A stretch of 64,000 bases of DNA from positions 8,965 to 72,964 of the IMG/VR virus record IMGVR_UViG_3300020450_000017. One strand, written 5' to 3'. The notes beneath the pieces are model-generated. The model was given only the letters and a program-made list of their open reading frames with translations. It did no database searches and was not told where the DNA came from. The stretch comes from a virus. Every line of letters starts with the position of its first letter. Position 1 is the first letter of the stretch. Below, piece after piece: positions 51,539 through 59,791 of this stretch. Both the position numbers and the translations under genes were made by a program.

Positions 51539-51912
51539 TATTATTTGTAATATACCCTATAATTTGCTATTTTTTATTAGCAAAATGGTTATATAAACAA
51601 GAATTTAAAAAATTAAAAACTGTTAAAGAACAATATAATGAGTTAGAAACCAAATACAATCAGAAATTATCTGATGAGTATTTAGAGTTTAAACAAAAAT
51701 TAACGAATGAGTTTGGTGATTTTCAAAAAGAACTTAGGGTTCAACTAAGTGATTTAAATAAGGATCTTAATTCTAAAAATAAAGAATATTTAGATAATCT
51801 TAGGAAAGAAATGTCTGGAGAAATTAACCGATATTTATTAGAAATGAATAATAGGATTTCTAAAGAGATTAAGGAATTGCCTAGTAAAATTAATATTAAA
51901 AGGGTAATATAA
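51520..51912 (+). CDS. Membrane-anchored coiled-coil protein
   Basis: N-terminal TM plus coiled coil. Confidence 0.55.
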   Translation: MVYIKVILFVIYPIICYFLLAKWLYKQEFKKLKTVKEQYNELETKYNQKLSDEYLEFKQKLTNEFGDFQKELRVQLSDLNKDLNSKNKEYLDNLRKEMSGEINRYLLEMNNRISKEIKELPSKINIKRVI

Positions 51913-52265
51913 TGCAGCCAAGACTATGGAATAGGCATATGACTTTTGAGGAGTGGAAATTACAACATCACCACCTTAATGATAGAGAAGCTCTACAGCT
52001 ATATATGGCTGAACAACGTTTATTTGAAAACTATAAAAGAGACTTAATTAATCAACAGTTACTAGTACAAAATAATATTATAGCTGAAAATATTTATAAT
52101 TTAGCGGATAATATATCAAATATATTTAATGTATCGATTGATGTCCCGGCGGCTGGATTTAAATATGTGCTTCCACGAGATTCTAAAACAACTCCTAACC
52201 TAGAGTTAATAACTGATGATGGAGAATTATTAATTACGGATGAAGGTAATTTCTTAATAACCTAA
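51912..52265 (+). CDS. Hypothetical (possibly structural) protein
   Basis: C-terminal repeat LITDDGELLITDEGNFLIT. Confidence 0.55.
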   Translation: MQPRLWNRHMTFEEWKLQHHHLNDREALQLYMAEQRLFENYKRDLINQQLLVQNNIIAENIYNLADNISNIFNVSIDVPAAGFKYVLPRDSKTTPNLELITDDGELLITDEGNFLIT

Positions 52266-52302
52266 TTATATTTATAACAGAATCTATTCATTCCCTCTAT
52301 AA

Positions 52303-53037
52303 ATGAGCACAGTAAAAATATCAGAATATACAGGCAACATAAGTGGTAGCAATATAAATATTGGTGCCACTGGTTCTTTTGGTAGGATAATATGTACAAC
52401 AATTTCATCATCTACTGGTGAATTTGATGCTAATACTATTTTTATAGGAGGTACAGCATTTAGTAAATCTAACTTAGATGACCTTAAGGATGGAAAACCA
52501 CTAGGAACAGGAATTAAACAGTTTAAAAGCCCTACTGATGATAGTGTTTATATTAGACAAAGTGTAGCAGGTAAATCTTGGCACTATGCTTCAGATGTTG
52601 CACTTATGAAAGTACAAACCTCTTCATTTGAATTAGGAGCGGGTAATGTTCCAACAACTTTAGAGGGAAGTGCTATTGCAATTACTGGTTCTACTGAAGT
52701 TACAGGTTCACTTAGAGTAGTAAGTAATAATCAGCAAATTGAATTCGATGCTGGTAGTGGAGGATTTAATGTAAATAATTTATTAGATCTTTTAGCTAAT
52801 TTTAGTTCATCTGGAGTAGAAGGGGGAGTTGAAGAAGGAGATATTAATTTAGATGGCCAAGTCAATGTAAATGATTTATTATTAGGATTATCGGGTTATG
52901 GTAACCCTAACACTATAGCTAATAATATTTTAATTCCACATAATATAAATCATCAATACATAGGACCTACGATAACAATACTTTCTCCTGTTTCAATGTC
53001 TATTTCAACAGGATCTTTCGTTTCTATAACACTTTAA
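52303..53037 (+). CDS. Putative fiber/decoration protein with dockerin/EF-hand-like motif
   Basis: S/G/T-rich; GDINLDGQVNVNDLL. Confidence 0.55.
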   Translation: MSTVKISEYTGNISGSNINIGATGSFGRIICTTISSSTGEFDANTIFIGGTAFSKSNLDDLKDGKPLGTGIKQFKSPTDDSVYIRQSVAGKSWHYASDVALMKVQTSSFELGAGNVPTTLEGSAIAITGSTEVTGSLRVVSNNQQIEFDAGSGGFNVNNLLDLLANFSSSGVEGGVEEGDINLDGQVNVNDLLLGLSGYGNPNTIANNILIPHNINHQYIGPTITILSPVSMSISTGSFVSITL

Positions 53038-53060
53038 TATATTTATAATAAAATACACAA

Positions 53061-53318
53061 ATGAGTACCCTTAAAGTTAATTCAATCCAGCCTTTTACCC
53101 CAACAGAAGCAGTGTTAATTGATTCAGCTAGTATAGTTTCAGGATCATTGGGTAAATTATCAGTGAAACATGTCGGCTTTGGTGCAACTACGCAAATTAG
53201 TTTTGAATCGTTACCTTCAAGTGACCCAGGAGTAGCAGGCAGATTATTTACTACCCAAAGTGCAGGGACTGGGGGTAATTTAGATGGTAAATTAGTATTA
53301 TTAGTATCAGCTGGCTAA
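53061..53318 (+). CDS. Small structural protein
   Basis: MSTLKVNSIQP, LPSSDPGVAGRLF, LLVSAG. Confidence 0.55.
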   Translation: MSTLKVNSIQPFTPTEAVLIDSASIVSGSLGKLSVKHVGFGATTQISFESLPSSDPGVAGRLFTTQSAGTGGNLDGKLVLLVSAG

Positions 53319-53340
53319 TAGAATATAATATACATTATTT

Positions 53341-53360
53341 GGAGGGGCTTTAGCCCCTTC
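53341..53360 (+). terminator. GC-rich hairpin
   Basis: GGAGGGGC-TTTA-GCCCCTTC after a stop codon; no clear U-tract. Confidence 0.55.
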
Positions 53361-53443
53361 ATATATTTATATACGACTGATTGATCGCAAGACAATCAAA
53401 AACAATTAACCCGGCACCTTAGGGGCCACAAAACTTAAATAAC

Positions 53444-53878
53444 ATGGTACATAAAATTGACCTATTTGACCCGCGATTTGTATCGCCACTAGACGTTCTT
53501 GTAAAGAACTTTTTTGACCAAGATGCGGTTTTTAATAAACCAGATAACCGCTCAGTAAAACACCCAGTAGACGTATTTGAAGATGAAAACGGGCTAACTT
53601 TTGAAGTAGCTTGTACTGGGCTAGATAAATCCGATGTAGACATTACTATTGAAGGAGATATCTTAAAAATTTCCTATGATAAAGGTGAGGAGAAAAAATC
53701 CGATAGTTCAAGACGCTTTTATCACTCCGGAATTAAAAAATCAAGCTTTAATTTCGGTTGGAAAGTAGCTCGTCGCTTTGAATTAGCTAAAGCAAATGCC
53801 GAGATGAATAACGGATTGCTAATTATTGCTGTCCCATATGCTAATGAATCAAAACCAAAATCACTTAAAATAAAATAA
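53444..53878 (+). CDS. Small heat-shock protein Hsp20
   Basis: HPVDVFE, ACTGLDKSDVDI, GIKKSSF, AEMNNGLLII. Confidence 0.92.
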   Translation: MVHKIDLFDPRFVSPLDVLVKNFFDQDAVFNKPDNRSVKHPVDVFEDENGLTFEVACTGLDKSDVDITIEGDILKISYDKGEEKKSDSSRRFYHSGIKKSSFNFGWKVARRFELAKANAEMNNGLLIIAVPYANESKPKSLKIK

Positions 53879-53902
53879 ACTGACAAAACGATCAGTCAGT
53901 CA

Positions 53903-53924
53903 TGAGGGGGCTTCGGCCCCCTCA
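53903..53924 (+). terminator. UUCG-capped hairpin after hsp20
   Basis: TGAGGGGGC-TTCG-GCCCCCTCA. Confidence 0.65.
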
Positions 53925-53941
53925 ATATTTATATACAACTA

Positions 53942-54046
53942 ATGGAACATCAAGAACCAGAAGAAAACGAAATCGCTGGACCAGTAGTATTTGCTTTAAT
54001 GCTACTTAGTTTAGCTGTAACAATAATATATTTTTTATCAACATGA
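53942..54046 (+). CDS. Single-TM peptide (34 aa, not in track)
   Basis: MEHQEPEENEIAGPVVFALMLLSLAVTIIYFLST, after ATATTTAT. Confidence 0.45.
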   Translation: MEHQEPEENEIAGPVVFALMLLSLAVTIIYFLST

Positions 54047-54261
54047 GTAAATTTAACGTACACGAATGGAACCACAAGCGTCGGTTAGCTGAAATAGAAG
54101 ATAATACCGAAGAAATGAGATCAGAGGCAGTTACTAATTTAATAGATGCTATTGAAATAGCTAAAAATTATAATCTTTTTAACACAGCTCAAGAATTAGC
54201 TTTAGGCCAAATAACAACCTCATTAATTAAAAATATGGCTCGTGAACGAGGAGATATGTGA
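54043..54261 (+). CDS. Hypothetical protein
   Basis: 72 aa coupled ORF. Confidence 0.55.
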   Translation: MSKFNVHEWNHKRRLAEIEDNTEEMRSEAVTNLIDAIEIAKNYNLFNTAQELALGQITTSLIKNMARERGDM

Positions 54262-54434
54262 TGGAAGATAAAGTAAGAAACCTAATCAGAGAAGCTATAT
54301 TTGATGTTATGACAGAAGGTCTTTGCGCTAAGGGTAAGGCATATATAGCAAAACGTAAAAGAGCAGGTGAAAAATCATCTGCATATCTATCTGGTAGAGC
54401 AGTTAAAGTATGTAAGGGCCAGATGAAGGGGTGA
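54261..54434 (+). CDS. Small basic protein (57 aa, not in track)
   Basis: MEDKVRNLIREAIFDVMTEGLCAKGKAYIAKRKRAGEKSSAYLSGRAVKVCKG. Confidence 0.6.
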   Translation: MEDKVRNLIREAIFDVMTEGLCAKGKAYIAKRKRAGEKSSAYLSGRAVKVCKGQMKG

Positions 54435-54667
54435 TGGACGATAAGTTAAGGAAATATATTAGGGAGTATGTTATGGCTCTTTATAAATCTAAAATGGAAG
54501 ATGGTAGTGAAGATTATCAGTATAAATATACTAGTGATGTAGAACACCCTATCCAACCTGGTTACCCAGGTGACTTAAAGGGATTTCCATTTGATAGTTC
54601 TCAAAATAAACTACCTCCTGCTTATAATCGAAGACATCATAGTTATAGTGTAAAAAAATATTACTAA
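54431..54667 (+). CDS. Hypothetical protein
   Basis: MDDKLRKYIRE leader. Confidence 0.55.
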   Translation: MMDDKLRKYIREYVMALYKSKMEDGSEDYQYKYTSDVEHPIQPGYPGDLKGFPFDSSQNKLPPAYNRRHHSYSVKKYY

Positions 54668-54670
54668 TTT

Positions 54671-54698
54671 AAGAGAGCCTTTTGGTTCTCTTTTTTTT
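54671..54698 (+). terminator. Rho-independent terminator
   Basis: AAGAGAGCC-TTTT-GGTTCTCTT followed by a T run. Confidence 0.75.
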
Positions 54699-54711
54699 GT
54701 TCGTATATTCA
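54681..54711 (+). promoter_or_regulatory. Bacteroidota-type promoter
   Basis: TTTG at 54681-84, 19-nt spacer, TATATTCA at 54704-11. Confidence 0.6.
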
Positions 54712-54715
54712 CAGT

Positions 54716-55846
54716 ATGGATTATAAACAAGTTTTAAGAGGATACTACGATACAGATAAAAAAGTTAAAGCAATAGATTTACTTACAGATCAGCCTTATT
54801 ATATTGAGGATAGGCCTGATATGAAGCAACGCGTTGAGCGAGCTATTAATTTTAAACAACTATTAGCTATATATCAACGTGGAACCCGCAATGGGTTTAA
54901 ATACATTGAACAAGATAATTTTTATATTGAAGTTCAAGAATCAAAATCTGTTAAACCAGTTACAATGATAGATAAACCAGATGATTTTATTATTAGCGAT
55001 CTTAAGTGGAAATATTTAACTCGCTGTATCAATAAGGGTAAGAACCTTATGTTTGTTGGACCAGCAGGTACTGGTAAAACTCAAATTGTATTTAAAGCAG
55101 CTGAGCGTTTAGATAAGCAGATTTTTTACTTTAATTTAGGATCTACTCAAGATGTTCGTTCAGCTCTTATTGGTAATACTTACTTTAAGGACGGCACATA
55201 TTTTGAGGAATCTGCGTTTGTGACTGCATTAAAAACGCCAAATTCTGTTATTTTACTTGATGAAATTTCGCGAGCAAATCCCGAGGCATGGAATATATTG
55301 ATGCCAGTTCTTGACGTTAATATACGCAAACTTAGATTAGATGAAAAGGAAAACAGCCCTGTTATTGATGTCGCTGATGGTGTTAGCTTCATTTCTACAG
55401 CCAATATTGGGTTTGAGTATACAGCAGCTCGTATGCTCGACCGCGCTTTGGTTGACCGCTTTAGTGTTATTGAGATGGATATTCTCAATAAAGAACAAGA
55501 AATGAAATTGCTTAATATTAAGTATCCTAATTTAGATCCTAAAGTTAATGAGGCACTTTGTGATATTAGTTTTAGAATTAGAATGGAATGTGAAAGAGAA
55601 AATAGTAAATTAAGTGCTCCTATTCCAACTAGAATGTTACTTGAAGCAGCAGAAATGAGTATAGATGGTTTTGATATTGATGAAACTGCTGAATTAATTA
55701 TATATCCTCAGTACTCAGATGAAGGAGGAACAGATTCAGAACGTATTTATATCCGACAATTAGTTCAAAAATACGTTCAAAAAGGTGATAAAGAAGATTT
55801 GTTTACAGACAATGATTTTAGAGCATTAGATAATTATGACATTTAA
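54716..55846 (+). CDS. AAA+ ATPase, MoxR/CbbQ-like
   Basis: GPAGTGKT, ILLDEISRA, TANIG, LDRALVDRF. Confidence 0.88.
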   Translation: MDYKQVLRGYYDTDKKVKAIDLLTDQPYYIEDRPDMKQRVERAINFKQLLAIYQRGTRNGFKYIEQDNFYIEVQESKSVKPVTMIDKPDDFIISDLKWKYLTRCINKGKNLMFVGPAGTGKTQIVFKAAERLDKQIFYFNLGSTQDVRSALIGNTYFKDGTYFEESAFVTALKTPNSVILLDEISRANPEAWNILMPVLDVNIRKLRLDEKENSPVIDVADGVSFISTANIGFEYTAARMLDRALVDRFSVIEMDILNKEQEMKLLNIKYPNLDPKVNEALCDISFRIRMECERENSKLSAPIPTRMLLEAAEMSIDGFDIDETAELIIYPQYSDEGGTDSERIYIRQLVQKYVQKGDKEDLFTDNDFRALDNYDI

Positions 55847-56402
55847 AAAAGGATATATTGAAGTATGTTTATCTACTGAAGATGGTATTCAGCATTTACG
55901 TTGCCATGGGTGGTTAAAACGCCAACAAATATTAATCAAATCTGAACAAGTATTTAGAAAAGGTAGTGAAGATTTTGGTATGTTCATCATTGTAATACCA
56001 AGTGAAGAATTATATGAATTAATGGATCTTAAAGATGACATGTTTAGTTCATTCGAGGTAATGTCAAAAGAAGAAGAACGATGGTCATCCTATAAAAAGA
56101 AAAAAGATAAAGACTTTATAAAAAATATTTCTAGTTTTATGTTTAGTTTAGCCCCAGAAAATAAGGTTGATATTGATGATTTTATTGCTAAAGCAAATGA
56201 AGCAACATTAAAAATGTTTAAAACATCAAATGAATTTAGAGGTGATTATGTGGTAAATGATTTTATGACTGTAGAGGAAAAAATTAATGATTTAGATGCT
56301 TTAATTGAATTCTTTGAAATTAGAGAACGTTATGAAGACTGTGCCTATTTAATGAAAATTAGGGATAAAATAGTTGCAAATGAAGAATTTAAAACAAAAT
56401 AA
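55836..56402 (+). CDS. Hypothetical protein with C-terminal UVR-like motif
   Basis: LIEFFEIRERYEDCAYLMKIRD. Confidence 0.6.
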   Translation: MTFKKGYIEVCLSTEDGIQHLRCHGWLKRQQILIKSEQVFRKGSEDFGMFIIVIPSEELYELMDLKDDMFSSFEVMSKEEERWSSYKKKKDKDFIKNISSFMFSLAPENKVDIDDFIAKANEATLKMFKTSNEFRGDYVVNDFMTVEEKINDLDALIEFFEIRERYEDCAYLMKIRDKIVANEEFKTK

Positions 56403-56462
56403 CTATTGGGTAAGTGATTGTACTTATGATATTGAAGTAATATACACTTACAAATGAGAGAA

Positions 56463-56494
56463 TTTGGATTACGGTTAAGAAAGTTTTACATTCA
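56463..56494 (+). promoter_or_regulatory. Bacteroidota-type promoter
   Basis: TTTG at 56463-66, 20-nt spacer, TACATTCA at 56487-94. Confidence 0.5.
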
Positions 56495-56583
56495 CCTAAG
56501 GTGGAAACGAGCAGTTAAACAATGGTTTAACCATAATGAAAAACCGTTATTTAAACTAGCAAGACAATTAAACAAAATAAACT

Positions 56584-56817
56584 ATGAGCTTAGACAAATT
56601 AGAAGCAGCAAAAAAGTATTATGAAGCAGTAGCAGCTGAAGCTGAAGTTACAATAGACTTATACTTAAATAATTCAGTGGGTATTGGTGAACACCCTGGA
56701 ATAATGGAAGAATTACGTAAGCAAATTGAAAAATTAGGCGAAGCAAGGGATGGTATTGACACTGTCATTACACTTCAGAATAAAAATAAAGCTGAAAAAA
56801 AACAACTAAACGGTTAA
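56584..56817 (+). CDS. Hypothetical phage protein
   Basis: YLNNSVGIGEHP motif seen in T4-like small proteins. Confidence 0.7.
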   Translation: MSLDKLEAAKKYYEAVAAEAEVTIDLYLNNSVGIGEHPGIMEELRKQIEKLGEARDGIDTVITLQNKNKAEKKQLNG

Positions 56818-56824
56818 TTAATTA

Positions 56825-57046
56825 ATGAAAAGGTTTTGGGCAGACCTCAGCGATATATTCGTTGAGCAGGAAAGAGCTTACATTGTTTGCAATGATCAAG
56901 CACAATTTTTTAGTGGATTAAGAGGTGGTAAACCATCATTTAGCGAATCTTATGATGATGCTAAACCACTTACTAGAGAAAGTCAATTTAGAACCTTGGT
57001 TAGGGTATCGGATGTTCCTATATTTAAAGAGTATATTGAAAAATGA
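56825..57046 (+). CDS. Hypothetical protein
   Basis: 73 aa ORF. Confidence 0.55.
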   Translation: MKRFWADLSDIFVEQERAYIVCNDQAQFFSGLRGGKPSFSESYDDAKPLTRESQFRTLVRVSDVPIFKEYIEK

Positions 57047-57318
57047 GTGGTTTTTTATTAGCAATTGGAGTTAGTGCCTTCCTTACACTTGTAAGTGGAA
57101 TGTTTATATGGTATTCTAGACAAATATCCGGACCTTCTTCGGTAAACATAATTCAAACAGGGATGTTTGTTAAGTTTATGTTAGGGGCATGTATTACATT
57201 TTTTGTTATTAATGAAGTAAACGTAAATCCTTATATATTTGGGATGACATTTGGCATATATGTTTGCACGGCATTTCCCGTAGTTGCATATATGATGGTA
57301 AAAAATGATTTTAAATAA
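57043..57318 (+). CDS. Small membrane protein
   Basis: Three TM helices. Confidence 0.55.
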   Translation: MSGFLLAIGVSAFLTLVSGMFIWYSRQISGPSSVNIIQTGMFVKFMLGACITFFVINEVNVNPYIFGMTFGIYVCTAFPVVAYMMVKNDFK

Positions 57319-57403
57319 AAAATAATGCCTCAAGAACAAATAATAGTATGTACTATCTTAGCTACAGCTATGATAATAGGGTTAGTTTTAAAAGATCATA
57401 TGT

Positions 57404-57697
57404 GTGATGAGTAAAAATCTAGTATATTATTTTAATGTTGCTGATTTTCTTGAAGTAGAAAACGCTAGCAATGGAGATTGGGTTCAAGTCACTTGCTTTA
57501 CATTTAGATCATATGCTGGGAATAGACGTATTAGGGGTGAAGTATATGAAGGACCAATTTTATACAGTGGTACAAACCTATTATATGAAGGTCCTCTTAC
57601 TGGGAAAATTGTTTCACTTGAAGAAGGGGAAGACATTAGCCACTTGAGAAAGGTAAGAAAAAATAGTAGATTCGCATATTCAAATGAGTGGACATAA
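57404..57697 (+). CDS. Hypothetical protein
   Basis: FRSYAGNRRI..YEGP. Confidence 0.55.
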   Translation: MMSKNLVYYFNVADFLEVENASNGDWVQVTCFTFRSYAGNRRIRGEVYEGPILYSGTNLLYEGPLTGKIVSLEEGEDISHLRKVRKNSRFAYSNEWT

Positions 57698-57903
57698 TGA
57701 CTAGAGATGGATCATATATTTACCCTGTTGTAGTAACATTTAAAACATCAAATCGCTCCAACGCTAGAGTAAAGCAAAAAGTTATTCGCAATAAAAATGT
57801 TGACGAAGTATTAGACGTAAAAACAAAAATACCTGGTATTCCAGAGAAAGCTGTTATTTTAGAAATCGGATTAGGAAAGAGTTTTATTAAGAAAGTTGGT
57901 TAA
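57688..57903 (+). CDS. Hypothetical protein
   Basis: 71 aa ORF. Confidence 0.55.
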   Translation: MDIMTRDGSYIYPVVVTFKTSNRSNARVKQKVIRNKNVDEVLDVKTKIPGIPEKAVILEIGLGKSFIKKVG

Positions 57904-57926
57904 CTGAAAATTCAATCGTATATTTA
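57895..57926 (+). promoter_or_regulatory. Bacteroidota-type promoter
   Basis: GTTGG...TTCAATCGTATATTTA; the same TTCAATCGTATATTTA core occurs at 59387-59402. Confidence 0.65.
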
Positions 57927-57965
57927 GGGAAGAAAGTTAGTTAAAAAACCCACAAATTCAAAGTT

Positions 57966-58856
57966 ATGTCAGAAGTACAAGACACACAATTTTCAACTGC
58001 ACAGCAGTTAATTAATACGGTCAATCAAAAGATCGAAAACCGCGATGAACTCACTATGAGTGAGCTCAAGATGATTTGTCCTGAGATCGCAACACCAGAG
58101 ATTAACCCAGCACTTCGTCAGAAGTTGGGTATTACGGATAGATATGTCCACGTGCCTACTGAAAAGGTGATTGAGGATATTATGGAATTGGGTTGGACCC
58201 CAATTAATGCTTATCGTGTTAATTCACGAGGTAAGCGTACGGGTACTGGTCGCCACATGGTCAAATTTGTTAACTATGACTTCATGGAAGAGGGTAAAAC
58301 CGAGTACCCTGAGCTGTTGCTCACTAATAGCCACGATGGCACTACTGCATTCAAGTTGGATGTAGGTATTTTCCGATTGGTTTGTTCCAATGGAATGGTT
58401 GTTAAGTCCCAAGACTTCGGTTCAATGCGAGTTCGTCACTACGGTTACGATTTCGAAACCATTAAGGGTGCTGTAAACAGCTTGGTAGAACAGATTCCTG
58501 ATTACCTCAAACAAGTTGAGGATATGAAGGAGCAGGAATTGGAGCGTGAACAGATGCTTGAGTTTGCTCGTCAAGCAGCGTTGCTCCGATTTAAAACAGC
58601 TAATATTGAAACGATTGATAAGGTCGTTGATGTAGAGGATTTGCTTGAGTCAACCCGTAAGGAGGACAATGGCAATGGTTTGTGGGAGGTGTTTAACCGC
58701 CTACAAGAGAAGGTCGTGAACGGTAAGTTCAATTATGCACTTGGTAAGAAAGAGCGTAAGGCTCGTCCCGTGAAGGGTTTCAAGCCGCAGGTAAAGCTCA
58801 ACCAGGATTTGTGGGAGCTTGCGAGCAGTTACTTGCCTGAAACCGCAGCGGCCTAA
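57966..58856 (+). CDS. DUF932/DUF945-family protein
   Basis: YVHVPT, ELLLTNSHDG, FRLVCSNG, LWEVFNRLQE, LNQDLW. Confidence 0.85.
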   Translation: MSEVQDTQFSTAQQLINTVNQKIENRDELTMSELKMICPEIATPEINPALRQKLGITDRYVHVPTEKVIEDIMELGWTPINAYRVNSRGKRTGTGRHMVKFVNYDFMEEGKTEYPELLLTNSHDGTTAFKLDVGIFRLVCSNGMVVKSQDFGSMRVRHYGYDFETIKGAVNSLVEQIPDYLKQVEDMKEQELEREQMLEFARQAALLRFKTANIETIDKVVDVEDLLESTRKEDNGNGLWEVFNRLQEKVVNGKFNYALGKKERKARPVKGFKPQVKLNQDLWELASSYLPETAAA

Positions 58857-58864
58857 ATATAGAA

Positions 58865-58886
58865 GAGGGGGGCGTAAGCCCCCCTC
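58865..58886. terminator. Bidirectional terminator
   Basis: GAGGGGGGC-GTAA-GCCCCCCTC between convergent genes, T-rich on both strands. Confidence 0.75.
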
Positions 58887-58888
58887 GT

Positions 58889-59044
58889 TTATTTTTCACT
58901 ATCCCATGAATAAACAGCCCCGTCAGGCATCATTACATAGTTAGTAACAGTTGAATTTTGACTACAACAAGTAGATCGTGTAGTATTAGTGGTTGCGCAA
59001 CCCGCTAAACACAATACTACCGCTAGTGCGAATAAGTATTTCAT
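58889..59044 (-). CDS. Small lipoprotein (51 aa, not in track)
   Basis: MKYLFALAVVLCLAGC-ATTNTTRSTCC...; signal peptide with LAGC lipobox; stops at the shared terminator. Confidence 0.7.
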   Translation of the reverse strand: MKYLFALAVVLCLAGCATTNTTRSTCCSQNSTVTNYVMMPDGAVYSWDSEK

Positions 59045-59079
59045 GTTATTTGGGTTTTAATTCAATTATACATACATTG

Positions 59080-59117
59080 GTAACATATAAGTCATAATAA
59101 AGTCATAAAACGTCATA
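59080..59117. repeat. GTCATA direct repeats with 10-11 bp periodicity
   Basis: GTAACA at 59080; GTCATA at 59091, 59102 and 59112, in a divergent intergenic region. Confidence 0.7.
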
Positions 59118-59122
59118 TTAAA

Positions 59123-59383
59123 ATGAGAGATCACAATAGCCGCCGGCGCCGCCGGAATTATAGTAGCACCATGAATGACCTAGCCTATGCTATGGTTAGA
59201 GGTGATGTTAATAATGTTAAAGACCACTTTGAAAGAGTAGTACGTTACGGTGGAAAAATGACTCGCCGTGACTGTGAGGAGTTTATTAGGGAGTTTCGGG
59301 CTGAAATGGAGGAACGGGTTCCTAGTAAGCAACAGCTTGCGGTTAATAAGGAAAAGAGAAAGCAAAGAAATTTGGGAAAATGA
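59123..59383 (+). CDS. Basic hypothetical protein
   Basis: 86 aa, Arg-rich N-terminus. Confidence 0.55.
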   Translation: MRDHNSRRRRRNYSSTMNDLAYAMVRGDVNNVKDHFERVVRYGGKMTRRDCEEFIREFRAEMEERVPSKQQLAVNKEKRKQRNLGK

Positions 59384-59402
59384 GAATTCAATCGTATATT
59401 TA
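59371..59402 (+). promoter_or_regulatory. Bacteroidota-type promoter upstream of the tRNA array
   Basis: TTTG at 59371-74, 20-nt spacer, TATATTTA at 59395-402. Confidence 0.65.
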
Positions 59403-59440
59403 AGAAGTAAGGTTGATAAAGAAATCCAAAAAACAACAAC

Positions 59441-59617
59441 ATGAAAAACCGTAAATATGCAGATGGGTACCTGCCAAAAATTGCCTACTACATCTCCAAA
59501 TCAAACAGTGAAAAGGTAAATTACTTCACTGAGCGCCATGAATCCAAGTATGGTAAGTTGAACGCTAATGATATTAATAAAATTATTGACATGGTTATGG
59601 AGCTAGCAACTAAATAA
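59441..59617 (+). CDS. Hypothetical protein (58 aa, not in track)
   Basis: MKNRKYADGYLPKIAYY...KVNYFTERHESKYG. Confidence 0.55.
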   Translation: MKNRKYADGYLPKIAYYISKSNSEKVNYFTERHESKYGKLNANDINKIIDMVMELATK

Positions 59618-59623
59618 TAGTAT

Positions 59624-59709
59624 GCCCGGGTGGTGGAATAGGTAGACACGACAGACTTAAAATCTGTTTCGCCGAACGGTGAGTGCGGGTTCGAGCCCCG
59701 CCCCGGGTA
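59624..59709 (+). tRNA. tRNA-Leu(UAA)
   Basis: GCCCGGG/CCCGGGT acceptor stem, ACAGA-CTTAAAA-TCTGT anticodon arm, long variable arm, GTTCGA. Confidence 0.95.
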
Positions 59710-59717
59710 CACAGCAT

Positions 59718-59791
59718 GCTCCCTTAGCTCAGTTGGATAGAGCAACAGCCTTCTAAGCTGTGGGTCACAGGTTCGAATCCTGTAGGGAGTA
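59718..59791 (+). tRNA. tRNA-Arg(UCU)
   Basis: GCTCCCT/AGGGAGT, ACAGC-CTTCTAA-GCTGT, GTTCGAATCC. Confidence 0.95.
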
